Below, one piece after another: positions 50,605 to 63,199 of a stretch of 64,000 bases of DNA; position 1 is the stretch's first letter, and each line of letters begins with the position of its first letter. The translations under genes were made by a program, and so were the position numbers. The stretch spans positions 87,484,001 to 87,548,000 of the forward strand of contig CM052816.1 of assembly GCA_028534125.1 (NCBI GenBank), written 5' to 3'. Below the pieces are notes generated by a model. That model made no database searches, had not been told where the DNA came from, and was given only the letters and a program-made list of their open reading frames with translations. Source of the stretch: Lama glama (Eukaryota).

Positions 50605-50769
50605 CTCTTCTTCACTTTCTGAGTGTCTGCCAGATTCACTTTTAGAATCTCTTTATGGCAATCTTAGCTTTTTTTCTAGCATGAACCTCACAACTTTTCC
50701 AACCTCTACCCATTACTCAGATGCAGAGCTGCTTCCACATTTTTAGGTGTTTGTCCTGGTACCAAAATG
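50605..50769 (-). mobile_element. MaLR-like internal fragment with primer binding site remnant
   Basis: TTCCAACCTCTACCCATTACTCAG...GCTGCTTCCACATTTTTAGGT; CCTGGTACCA (50755-50764, TGGTACCAGG on the minus strand) abuts the LTR. Confidence 0.7.
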
Positions 50770-51313
50770 TGTATAGTCAGAGTTATCCAGAGAAACAGAC
50801 CTATAAGTCTGTATATATCCATTTCTGACTGTACAGTTCTATCTGTCTGTCTGTCTATCTATCTAGCTACCTAGCTATCTAGTTAGAGAGAGAGAGAGAG
50901 ATTTTGAGGAATTGACTCACATGTTTATGGAGCTGAGAAGTCCCACCATCTGTCATTTGTAGGCTGGGGACCCACAAAAGCTGGTAGGTGTATTTCCAGT
51001 CTGAGTTCAAAGGCCTGAGAAACAGGAGCACCAGTGGTACAAGTGCCATTCTGAGGACAGCAGGAGACTGATGTCCCAGCTCAAGCCATCAGATGGAGAG
51101 AGGTAACACTCCCTTCTTCTGCTTGTTTGTTCTGTTCAAGCCTTCAGTGGATTGGATACAAATCAGAGAAGCAGTCTGCTTTACTCAGTCTATCCATTCA
51201 AATGCTAATCTCTTCTGGAAACGCTCTCACAGATATACCCAGGAATAATGTTTAAACAGATACCTGGGTATCCCATCACCAAGTGCAGCTGACATATAAA
51301 AATAACCAGCACA
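50770..51313 (-). mobile_element. MLT2B-like ERVL LTR, near full length
   Basis: TGTATAGTCAGAGTTATCCAGAGAAACAGA...internal (TCTA)/(GA) repeat...TCAAATGCTAATCTCTTCTGGAAAC...TGACATATAAAAATAACCAGCACA. Confidence 0.9.
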
Positions 51314-52989
51314 TAAGAGAATTTAATAAAATCCATTGCATTACATTTATTCATAATAAATTTTTCCCATAGTCTGCATGATTTTTAAGGAATCAAGAAC
51401 ATGTTATATTTCTACCTTAATGCAAATCCCCAGACCTTGTCACTTCCAATTTAGCTCCTACTCCATGGAGAATTTGTTTAATTATTATTAAATGTTATTT
51501 GAATAGAACTGAATATTCGGAATCTAAGTAGGATGATTGGCAAGTGCCTGTCCAGTTTGAACCTCATGTATCATCCCAATCAATTCAGTCTTGTTTTGAT
51601 TGTAAAATCCTTGCAATTTATAAGAATAAACTCTTTTCAAGCCAAAAATATGGGAAGACTTCTCAGTTATATATTTCCACCTAATGTGGGAAAAGCATTT
51701 TCCAATTTTAATCAGTTTTATTTTGATACTTGTAACTATTTCATTGTAATGTTAGAAAAGGACCTCAAAGATGTGCTCTCAATACTGTGTGCCTATTCCA
51801 CATATGCCATCTTTGTAAGGAAGGATTCTAAGAACAAGAATTTTCTTGGTACCCCAATTATAATGTGGCATGCATGCACATTTCTACTGTTAGCTGAGGA
51901 CCAAAAATACTATGATGGCCACGTAGATACTGCATAAACCCAGCACTTCCCATCACACCATTTCTTATTCAAGTATTCTCTTTCCACTTTATGTGCTGTA
52001 TCTCTGTAATTCTAAAAGTTTGAAACCAGGACGTTTTGTAAATTCTTTTAGAATATTGCTGAATATTCTGAAAAAAAGACATGTATTACTAACACATACT
52101 ACAATATTAAAGTTTACCCATCATGTTAATATAATTATGTAGAGAATTGGGTTTTTTGCTTGTTTACTTGTATCTAGACAACCCACTCCTATTTTTAACT
52201 GCTTTTTGTTTAGGCTGTGAATATTTTTCACAGCTCTAGTTACAAAGCAAATTTTATTATTGCACTTTGAAATCAATCATTTAACACCTGTTTCAAAAGT
52301 AAATAAATGTTAATTGACAGTTTTATTATCCTTCTAAACACCTTCTTCCTAATTAATTCAGGGTGAGATTCTCAGTCATCATCTAGTTCTAACCCAAGTG
52401 TCAAGAGATGTAAAAATATGAGATTTCAGTAATTAATAGAGTGTGATGCCTCCACTGATAATGTTTATTTATATTTATGTGTTGTGGTTTTATATAAAGT
52501 TATACAACATCCTAACATATTTAGTATTCTTTTTTCATCCAATGCAACAAGAAAATGTTTCTTCCATTTGCTTTTCTTGAGAAATTCCTTTTCAGTGGGA
52601 TAATTACACACTCATCTGGTTTTCAATGATGAGAAAAACACTAATGTTGGCAGATGGTATCACTGGTTATTGAGAAAGGAATATCACAGAAATGTTCCAT
52701 TTTTGCAGGATCCATTAATAGTTGGCCAGTAGATCCAAAAATCTGTCCAAAATGAATTCAAAGTGGGGAAAAAAAGTTCCTAGTTCATATAGTTCACTAT
52801 TATTTTTTATTTGAAAGCTGTGATAATAATTTGAATATACATGCATGCAGTTATACAGTTTACCTTATTTTGGATTATTATACCCATAGAACTTAATAGA
52901 ATTTTTAGACCTTTTGAAAAATAACTATTATTTTTACATTTCCAAATAATTTAAGTCTAGACTGTTGTTTCTCAAGTTGAAATTAACTT

Positions 52990-53155
52990 GTAAGTAAATA
53001 ACATTTGCCTAGAGCTTTATATCTTGACAGCATTTCCACAAACACTAACTCATTTAATTCTCATGCAATTACTGAAAGCTATTGTAACTCTCATGCAACA
53101 AAATGGACAAGGGTAAACATTCTCTCAAGGTCACATAACTGGTAACTTGCAAAGT
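52990..53155. mobile_element. MIR fragment
   Basis: CTCATTTAATTCTCA...CTCAAGGTCACATAACTGGTAA. Confidence 0.6.
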
Positions 53156-53174
53156 TTACCTGTACCTTTGATTG

Positions 53175-53581
53175 AGTCACCCATACTCCTGACTGAACAG
53201 CTATAAATCAGAGTTTTCCAGAACCCCCTCCTTAAGTTTGATAACTTGCTAATATTAAGAAAGGGCTTTATTTACTGTTACCAATTTATTTCAAAGGATA
53301 CAAGTCAGGGATGGCCAAATGGAAAAGTGCATAGGGCAGGGGTGGGGATGGGGTGCAGAGTTTCCGTACCCTCCGGGTTCACCACTCTCCTAGCACCTCC
53401 ACGTGAGGCTATCTGAACCCACTCTTCATACTGAAGCCATCTCCTCATACTAGCCCACAAGAGTTGCCTCATTAAAACAAAAGATGCTCCTACTACCCTT
53501 ATCACTCAGGAACTTTCAAAGATTTTAGGAGCTGTGCTAACAACAAGGATGAAGACCATGTATCTTTCATATTGTACCACA
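53175..53581 (-). mobile_element. MER21-like ERVL LTR
   Basis: GCTATAAATCAGAGTTTTCC...TTTGATAACTTGCTA; AAAAGATGCTCCTACTACCCTTATCACTCAGGAA...TTTTAGGAGCTGTG. Confidence 0.8.
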
Positions 53582-54144
53582 ACAGGGGACACGTGTCTTT
53601 AGGAGCCTTTAACACACAAATAAATGATGCCAATAAATGTTAGGGTACTGTATCCATATCTACATGAAAGCAGTATAATTCCATTAAAGAATAGCAAATT
53701 TTTAATCATTCTGTATTTTTAAGTGTGAATTATCTCATCAGGTAATTCTCAAGTAGAGGCCAAGAGAGTCACGTGGAGACAACTTTCTCTCTCCCTCCCA
53801 TCCCCCCCTTCTTTTTTCTTTCACATGGGGATAAAGAAAAGAGAGCATGTTAAGAATATAATTCTTTCCAAAACAGTAGGTGATATAGTGAGAAGACCTA
53901 ATGCAGAGGGAACAAATAGGTAAAGACACACTGTGGAGATCTATTAAGAGCTAAAATGCAAGTACTTTGTATTAAATATTATATTAGAAATTTTATATGT
54001 ATTACTGAATTTAATTCTGAAGCTAACTGAGTAAATTAGGCACTTTTATCAATCATCTCATCCTACTAATGAAGATGCTAGGTTTAAAATAGGCAAGTAT
54101 CTTATTCAATATTAAGCAGTAACTAATTAGACTCTATAGCAAAT

Positions 54145-55337
54145 GATACTGGGGTGACTGGTTATCCACATGCAATATATAAAGTTGGACTCTTCCCTGA
54201 AACACTCAAAAATTCACTCAAAAATGAGTCATAGCCCACAATGTAAGAGCTACATATAATAAAGATCTTAGAAGAACACATAAGAGTAAATCTTAATGAC
54301 TTTGGTTTAGGTAAAGATTTCCTAGACATGATACCAAAAGAAGAAACAGAAAAGAAAAATAAATTGAATGACTTAAGAATTAAGAAATATTTGTGGATCA
54401 AGGGACATTATCAAGAAAATAAAACACGACTCACAGTATGGGAAAAATATTGTCAAAGCAAATATATGAAAAGCATATGCAAAATATAAAATAATGCCTA
54501 CAAATCAATAATAAAAAGATAATTTACAAATAGGCAAAGGGTCCAAAGAAGACATATGAATGCCCTATAAACACATGAAAAATATTCAGAATCATTAGTC
54601 ACTATGGAAATTCAAGTCAAAGCCATAAGGAGATACCACTTCTCACCCACTAGGATGGCTATAATAACAAATGTCATGAGGTTCTGAAAAAATTGGAGTC
54701 CTTCTATATTGATAATAGGAATGCAAAATAGTGCAGTTGCTTTGGAAATAGTTTCATAGTTCCTCGAAATGTTAAATGAAGTGTCACATGACCCAGCGAT
54801 TCTATTCCTACATAGACTTAAGAGGAATGAAACATGTCCACACACAAACCAGTTCACAATTGTTCATAACAGCATTATTCCTAATATTGAAAGAGTGGAA
54901 ACAACCCAAATGCCCACCAACTGATAAATGGAACAAGAAATGTACTGTATCCACACAGTGGAATATTGTACTGTCAAGGAATGAGATACTGATGCATGCT
55001 AACAGGGTGAAACTTGAAAATATGCTAAATGAAATAAACCTGTCACAACAGACCACATACTGTTTGATTCCATTTATATGGCCTATCCAGAAGAAGTGCA
55101 TTTACAGAAACAGAAAATGAATTAACAGTTGCCTAGTAACTGAGGATGGAGGGTAGAGAAAGGGAGTCACTGTTACCGAGTAGGGGACTTCATGTTGGGT
55201 GACGAAAATGTTCTAAAATAGTATTATGGTGATGACATCACAACTCTGTGAATATATTAAATCTGTAGAATTATACATTTTAAGTGGGTAAATTGTATGG
55301 TATGTGAATTATATTTAATAAATCTATTTAAAAAATA
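54145..55337 (+). mobile_element. L1MB-like 3' end (ORF2 relic plus 3'UTR)
   Basis: ORF 54776-55120 contains LFITALF...WKQPKCP..DKW of ORF2p; ends GAAAATGTTCTAAAA...GTATGTGAATTATATTTAATAAA. Confidence 0.9.
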
Positions 55338-55544
55338 ACAAATAGGATATGAAACCAAGAAGTCTGACTGCAAATAACCAGATAAAATATGTGTGTAGAG
55401 GATCCACCAAACACCTGTATTTATTAGCAAGGGCAGAAACTTACGCTTTGGCAAAATTAATTCTGCACTTGATTTTTTTTTGATCCTATCGAGGGAAAAA
55501 AAAATCTCATGTGTCATGTCCAGTATTATTAACTGAGAAACACT

Positions 55545-55607
55545 GTTTGGTATTGATTTGATTGAAGGTTAAGATGTAGTTTGGTATTGATTCTGATTGA
55601 AGGTTAA
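55545..55607 (+). repeat. Two-copy direct repeat of 28/29 bp with 6-bp spacer
   Basis: GTTTGGTATTGATT(C)TGATTGAAGGTTAA at 55545-55572 and 55579-55607. Confidence 0.92.
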
Positions 55608-55648
55608 AAGCCATTGATTCAAGGGCTATGTGTACTTAGGCACACAGA

Positions 55649-55649
55649 T

Positions 55650-55681
<32 letters not shown>
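55649..55681 (+). repeat. (TG)n microsatellite
   Basis: Directly visible. Confidence 0.95.
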
Positions 55682-57689
55682 ATGAGCTGTGTAGTGTGTG
55701 TAGAAGTCAAGATTGAATAGCAGCTCAGACATAGTTCTTAAAAGCCTGATACCAATTATTTTCACATATATATATATTTCTCCAGTAACAGAACAAAGGG
55801 AAAAATTTCATATTACACATGCAGTGATGTTTCTTTACAATATTTGGTACGTCCAGATTCCAGGTTCTTGAAAACCTAATAAACAAGTTGTGGTCCATAT
55901 TTTGTGTTTTACCTGGAATTATATTTAGAGCTAAGTAAAGGTATCTGCAGATTTCACTCTTACGTCTTGAATCACTGTGATGTCAGTGCTCACAATGAGG
56001 GTATGTCTAGACTCTCAGCATTAACTCAGTATCGTTTCTTCTTTCCCTGAATTATTTACACTCATTTCTTATTAGTTAATTTTGCTAGTCAAAAGCCAGG
56101 GACCCTGGGCAAACAACATTTATCAGAATGCTTGTAAATGTCTCTTGCTTTCTGTCTAGAATATCGGAACAATGGGAAGTAGGACTATTAGTGAAATACA
56201 TGTTGGAGGATGCACATTAAGGTCCCTAACATTGTCGTTTATTTCAGCTCTGTCACTGCCTTTTTGCTGATATTGGCTTCCTGTTGACAGAGAAGGATTA
56301 CACTGAGTGAGTAGAGAGTACTGATTCCACACGGTCCTCATGTAGGCCTTCGGGCAAAGGGATCTCAAGATTACTTCCTGTGGCTGGATGCTCTGCATCC
56401 TTTCCGATGAGGATGGAATCTTGACAGCTTGGGTAGCATGTATAATGTTGGAGCTCTATATGCTCTTAAGGTATGATCCTAAATGCAACCTTTCTCCTTA
56501 CTTTAAATCTGTCTTGCACGAGTTTCGATCCAAGTTATTTGTCCAATTTCTTCTCCAGCGAGGAAGGTGATATAAACTAAAGAATGGAGGGCACATGCTG
56601 ATTTATTTTAGGCACTTAGCTCAATTTGCTTTTACTTGTTTGGAAAATTGCTTTTTCAGTGCAGAAAAATGTGTTGCCGTGAAGCCATCCCATGGGTTTG
56701 ATGACACTGCAGTGTGTTACTTCCCCGCACTGGTTCAAGTGTAAATGAAATGCACAGACAGCAGGATTACCATTATTCACTTCCCTTCATTGCTTCTCTC
56801 TTTCGTACCTACTAGATTACATGTGTGTTAACTGCAGTTACCGTTTGCACTTATTTAACAGTATTGACTGAAATAACCCTGAGTCTCCTCCAGTGAGGAC
56901 TGATTTAGCTACAAATCACTGTTCCAGCTCTGAAATCATTAATCAGCCTCAGGCAAGATCCATTATGTGGGATTTCAGCATAGAAGAAATATTAACAGCT
57001 CCCTGGAAGAAACGTTACCTTCACATTGGCTGTGACTCCCTGCTGGAGCAGCAAATTACCCTCCAGTAATAATTATAATACATTAGTAGAGGTTTAATTT
57101 CCAATAAGTGCTGTCTGTTTAAGAAATGGCAAGCTCGCCATGGCTCAGAGAACAATAGATCATGTTATCAGCCAGAATAAACCTACATGGAATTAAATGA
57201 AAGATAATAAAAAATTCATTACAGTTTGAAAACGGTGGAAAAAGAGAAGCCAGTTTGAGTTTCTCACTTGCATGTTTGTAGATCATGTTTATAGATCGTC
57301 TCACTGGATGATATTAGGTATGCTTGTGGATTTTTCTCCTTTAGTTGATAGCAAAATTGTGAACTCACTAGCTAACATCTAGTGGGATAAGTTAATGATA
57401 GCTTTTTTTTTTTTCTGAGAGATGGAAGTTACTAAGCACTAATAGAACTCTAGGGGAAATTCATTCTTTAACTAACCATACACAGTGACCCACTGTTAGT
57501 ATCCAAATTAATATTCCGGCAACAACTTTCAAAAATATAAAAATTAGAATTTCAGAGGAGAAATTCTCACTAATTCTACTTTAAATAGACAATGAGATGT
57601 TTCTATGAAGTTAGACCTGTAAATGGTTCAGAAAGGTTTTTAAGGGGTTTTACAATATATACATTCTGAGAAGTCTTCACTTTGGATTT

Positions 57690-57985
57690 TGAATAGAACC
57701 TCTTTTGTGCACAAGGTACCACATATTAAGGACTTTCATAGTGTATGTTGTGTTCTGTCTGTCTTTTACTGTGAAGTGTAAAACAAGCAAGCATATATTA
57801 ATAAGATTTGCTTAATTTTAAGTGCACTGAATTTTATTTAGAATGCTTTGTAAGTTTTACCAAACTTTATTTCTTCCAAAAGTATTAAGTGTCTCAAGAA
57901 GGTCCACAACTAATCGATGTAATAACAGGGATATTCTGAAATTTTAATGTTTGGAAGTGCCTTGTACTTAAGGGGTCTGTACTGT
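57690..57985. mobile_element. Possible ancient Tigger-like element
   Basis: Right end CCTTGTACTTAAGGGGTCTGTACTG-TA loosely mirrors left end TAGAACCTCTTTTGTGCACAAGG; the family is uncertain. Confidence 0.3.
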
Positions 57986-58356
57986 AAAGGCATTTTTATT
58001 TAACAGCTGGACTCAGCTCTCTTATTGAACAAGTACACTGCGTAAACCAGATTATGTATGTGCTAGTGCTAGAAAGCTGTTCCTCAAATTCAGTGAGCTA
58101 TTGAAATGAGAAATTCAAGGTGCTTCCATTACTGTATAAAGAGATTCCTATTTCCTTAATACTGTAGAGTTTAGAGTTTGTAGTTTGATCAATCTATCTA
58201 TCTGTCTGCCTGTCTATCTGTATATTTTTCTTTTGTTTTACTGTTGATGGGTTTCAAGACATATTGTCAGATACAGAAATCAAAATAAAAGCAAATGGTC
58301 ATAAGGAAGCTTTGCCCCTGCTCTACACTGAATGATACATTAAGAATCAATTTGTA

Positions 58357-58516
58357 GGGGAGGGTACAGCTCAAGTGGTAGAGCACGTGCCTGATAAGCA
58401 TGAGGTCCTGGGTTCAATCCCCAGTACCTCCTCTAAAAATAAATAAACCTAATCACTTCTCCCTACCAAGATAAAATAAAATGATACAATAGTAAATAAA
58501 TATATAAAACATTAAG
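58357..58516 (+). mobile_element. tRNA-derived SINE, camelid Vic-1-like
   Basis: GGGGAGGGTACAGCTCAAGTGGTAGAGC...GGGTTCAATCCCCAGTACCTC...AAATAAACCTAAT; flanking repeat ATTAAGAATCAATTTGTA at 58339-58356 and 58517-58534. Confidence 0.92.
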
Positions 58517-60019
58517 ATTAAGAATCAATTTGTATAAAATTTATAAAAACAATAAAAAAAACCCTCTCCTAAATCTGTCTGTAAATTAGATTGGAAACCT
58601 AGTGTAAGAAGTTATCATAATTCTCAAATTCTGAAACTGATCCAATGTTTAAAAGCTTATTATATTTAGCAACATTTTTGGAAAATATCCTGAATGCCTT
58701 ACTTATGGTATCTTTGGAAAGCGGAAATGTACAGAATCACTTAGATAATTTAAAAAATTGAAGTCAGTCTTTAGCTCTAAAGCACAAATTGCCCCTTGGA
58801 TAGCTAAATTTGTAACATGCCTCTAAAAGGACTTCCTGAGTTTATGAAAACTAAAGTGATATGACAGAACACGATTTTGCAGCCCTCTTTTCACCCAGCA
58901 TCCAATGATCTCCACTAATTATCTGAGAAAATATGAGTCAGGCATACAACTTATCAAAATGCTTTTACACGATCAGATTTTTTTCTTAGGTTAAAAGGAG
59001 ATGAAACACAATTAAAAATGAACTTTACAGCTTCATGCTCATTGTTAAAATGTGACATTCAGTAATAGGAAAGAAACTCTACAGGGCATTATATATATAT
59101 ATATATGCAATATCTATTATATAATATATGTTATGTAATCTTTTTTTACATAAGTAGGTAACTAATGGCTTCATCATTTCTGCTTAACAGTTCTTGCTGT
59201 TGTAACACAAAGTAGTATCCAAATGTGTAATTTCATAGCACTCCTGTATTAAAGTATAATTTTATAAGATGTCTATTTAGAAATAATTCAAGTGGTTTAA
59301 TCATGCAGTGATTAATTAAAATTTGTGGATTTCTCAGACACCTTCTACTTGAGTGCACAGTCCGTAAGCATGTATTTGCAACTGTGTAACAAAATATCAA
59401 CCTCAGAATTATAAAAATACATTTAAAAAAATTTACTGAATGCAGTCATGCTCCTCATAAGTGAGTATTAAAATACTTGTGAATCAGAGAGGGTATATGA
59501 TACTTGGTGTATAATAAATGCATAGTGACATGACCGCAAGATAAAACTTTTCAGGGGTACAGAAAGTGAGGGTCAGTGAAGGGTCCATTCCACAGATAGA
59601 TGAGGAAGAGAGAGATCAGAATAAGAATGTAGGTGAAGAGTAAGCTGTACATTTTATTTAACTCCAAAAGGTTCTAAGTGATTGTCCAGGAGTAACTGAA
59701 TCAGCCAATGTGATAATTCACATACCCTAAAAAAAGGTCATCAGGGAATCATGCTGTCACACAATTCAGTTAAACATAGGGTTAACATAGGGTTAAACAA
59801 CTGTATTTCTTTCTAGAAGCTGCCATCTTCCAGCTTCAGTTCTTCAAAAAAGCCATCAAAGTCTGCAAGCTTGCTTCTTCACCTTTTGTGTGGAGTAATA
59901 ATATTTGCCCTGATTGCTGCCTGTTAGGTTTGTAAAAATCAAAACAGAAGACACTGAATATTATTATTATTATTTGTTAAAAAAATAGTTTTATCAAAGG
60001 TAATGATGAACAGTAATTA

Positions 60020-60270
60020 CAGCAACAATAGTAACAGCACCAAGCCCTCCTGAGCACTCACGGAGTCGGTGTGTTGCGTGGTACTCGTGTACTTTGTTAC
60101 GTGACCATACCCATGTGAGATAGTTAATGTCACAGTGTCACAGTCTGCACTTTAGAGTGAAGAAAACAAAGATTAAATTACTTACCAAGGCCGCACAGTT
60201 AGTGAATGAGGAGGAACACTTACGTCTGTCCAACACCAGGATCTAAGCCTGTAGCTGCGGAACACTTTCT
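60020..60270. mobile_element. MIR
   Basis: GCACTTTAGAGTGAAGAAAAC...GATTAAATTACTTACCAAGGCCGCACAGTTAGTGAATG. Confidence 0.7.
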
Positions 60271-61052
60271 TGCCTCGCCACCCCCTATACATGGGCTGTT
60301 GTTTACACGCTTCTAAGAAAGACCTTATCATAGGATAATGTTTTACGTGTTTACTGTCTGCTTTTCAAGAGATCTGACTTCTAGTTCGTGTTCAATAAAA
60401 AACAAGTGGCGTAAACAAGGCAGTGACTGCTCAACAGCTATCAGACGTGATCTGGCATTGTGTCAGATCTTTACAAGGTAAATTCAGGGGAAAAAAACGT
60501 TTCTGTTTGAAATATCAGCAGTTTAATGAACAGAAATAGTTCCTCACACTTTAAATCTTATATGTTAAGTGTATGGGTCATCATAATTTTACCTGTAGTA
60601 ACACCTTTATGCTACCAGATGGTAGCAACTAGAAAAAAGATTCTCATCTGGCGTATTTCAGGAGTAAAGGGGACAAATGATTATATTCATATACCTCCAT
60701 GACTTTGTTGTTATAATTATCAATTAAACTAAAATGTTAGTTAAATGATACTTTCTATGGTCATTTTTTAAAATTATCCAAATAATTTGCCCCGGAGAAG
60801 TGCCCGATGCCAAAAATAACACAATCACTATGAATAGAAAGAGATAATTAGTATATTGTAGAAATTTAGAGTGGTAGATAATTTACATAAAGACTGACTC
60901 CTGGTCACACATCTTTTTTTCTCAGATTGAGAATCTTGGATAAGACAAATCCAAAGTTTAAGTGATTCGTATTGTTAAAACTGTACAGTGAGAGAAAGAG
61001 CATTCATTTTTTTTTCAAAATACATTCCCTTATAGAGGAAGAGACAAAAGAA

Positions 61053-61174
61053 GAGATACTTTCATTGTACATGAAATTTTTAATTATTTTGTCTTGAAGT
61101 CATGAATGTGAGGGAGATACTTTCATTGTACATGAAATTTTTAATTATTTTGTCTTGAAGTCATGAATGTGAGG
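61053..61174 (+). repeat. Perfect tandem duplication, 2 x 61 bp
   Basis: GAGATACTTTCATTGTACATG...GAATGTGAGG at 61053-61113 and 61114-61174. Confidence 0.97.
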
Positions 61175-62309
61175 TTCCATCGTGGTAGGAATGTACATAC
61201 ATGATAATTCTGATTCACCAATTTTCCAGTTTTATTTACCCATAAACATATTTTTCTTCTTATTTCCCAATATTATACCTGGCAGTTTTTGGTTGTAAGA
61301 ATGATGACATCATTGTATTCATTTAGGAAATGAATTACTGTCAAATGCTTTTAGCATTCCTAGAGGCATATATTTTAAAACACTGGAGTTATGGATTTTC
61401 ATTGCAACAGAGCTGGTGCTAACTGTGAATATGCCTTGTCTGATTGCCCTATGGATAACCTCAAGAACACTTCCATAAACTTGGAAGTTTAATGGAGACA
61501 TATTGATTTCTCAATTTAATGGAAAACGTCTGTGTAATATAAAATAATGGATTCATTTAATGTAGTTACATCCAGGAATACAGATCTCTAAAACTCACAC
61601 CTTACATGTACTTAAAGTGATGATGAATCAAATAAGAGGTAAAGAGCCCATCTTCCCAGTTGATGCTACATGGTCAGACTGAAAGAACTCCCTCTTAACA
61701 TTTGGAATCCCTAACTACTGAAAATATGCAAGTACTTTTTTTTTTTTTACATTTTCTATTGTCCTTTCATTCTTTGTTTGAAAATATCTAGATCTCAGTA
61801 AGTTCAGATATTAAAAAATATTTTTGGTGTTTACTCATATTACCTCCTTTTACTATGAAATAATAAAGCAAGGTTTTAAGGTGACTGCAAAGTATATTTT
61901 CTGGTTTAATTTTAGTCCTTTCTTTCAATACCACCTAGAATGGACATGCTTTGAATAATCCCAGAGGATAGAACCAAGGTCCTCGTGCATCATCAGTTTG
62001 TCCCTTACAAATCATTGATTCATGATCTACAAAGGTGGCGAGTAAGGAGGATGAAGTTGTTTTAATCTTTAAAAAAAAAACACTTTTAATTTTGGAAACC
62101 TTTATCCTTTTATTACTTTTACGATATCATTAAGGTTATTATTTTTGTGGTTATTGATGGGAGCACTAACTGTGTCATTAAGCTATTTGGTAACATTTCA
62201 TTGCTAAAAACACTCACAAGAAAATGTGCTTACAAGTTGCGTCTATACCAGCTAAGAGTTCAGCACTTAAGAAACACACTCAATACTTTTTTTAATGTGT
62301 GTAGTAAAT

Positions 62310-62620
62310 GTTGCTTATTGAGAATTTATCTAGGCTGGGTGCATCCTTAAGACCGGTTGAAGATTAAATTATAATACTAAGTGACTGTGGCTAAGGGAAG
62401 AAGCAATGCCGAGGTGTTTGCAGGAAGAAAGGGGGAGTTTTACGGGGAGCCTGATGGGAGAGACAGGTGACGGATCAGTAAGTGCCCTCTATACCACTCT
62501 CACTTCTGGTCCGTGCGTCTCTATTGATGTTTTCCCAGGCTCTGATTAGCCTAGTTTGAGACAGGCGTCTGAACTTTTGACTCAGCCGTCTATAGTTAAG
62601 GGACAGAGTCAGGAGCATCA
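62310..62620 (-). mobile_element. Possible old MLT1 LTR relic
   Basis: CTCTGATTAGCCTAGTTTGAGACAGGCGTC resembles an MLT1K/L-type motif. Confidence 0.4.
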
Positions 62621-63199
62621 ATAAAATCTGTTCATAAATCAATATCTGTCACCCTGTTTAATTTGTGTTTGCATCAACTGCCATTTAGGCACATTTTTAG
62701 TTAGAATTTCTATTTTTAATCAGTGTCCCAAGCCACTTCAGAATTATTAAGGTGGGGGAAATGACCAGGTATCTAACCTCTAATCTATATCAAGATATCT
62801 GATGGCTTATATAGATGCACATACTATTGATGAGTCTAGTCTCTCAACGAGAGAATTATTAGTCTTATTTCTGATTAAAAAGAAGTAAAATATACATTTA
62901 ATTAGTAGTAGAATTTAGTTATTTTTTCCCCTGAAAGCTTGTGTTTTTCCCCCAAAAGATATTAAATCTAATAAAGTACCTTCATGACATACACATTGCC
63001 ATTAGGGAAATTAATCACACTGTGGATGTTTATGTGGCTTGCTTACTATTTAGAATCTAGAACATGGTGCAAATTTTAAGAGAGTCTTCAATTTCTTCTT
63101 TGTATTTCTGACTCTTAGCGGAGTGGTTGACAGTACAGCAGAACCCCATCCCCTTGTTGGAAGCTTGGTGGCCAGAACTGTCATTGAATAGGATGTTCC

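Noticed and set aside
51533..51937. 134-aa + strand ORF in unique sequence
   Set aside because: AT-rich composition, no recognisable domain and no promoter or splice support; a homology search would be needed to revive it.
55545..55607. CRISPR-like repeat-spacer-repeat
   Set aside because: Only two copies, a 6-bp spacer, no cas genes and a mammalian context.
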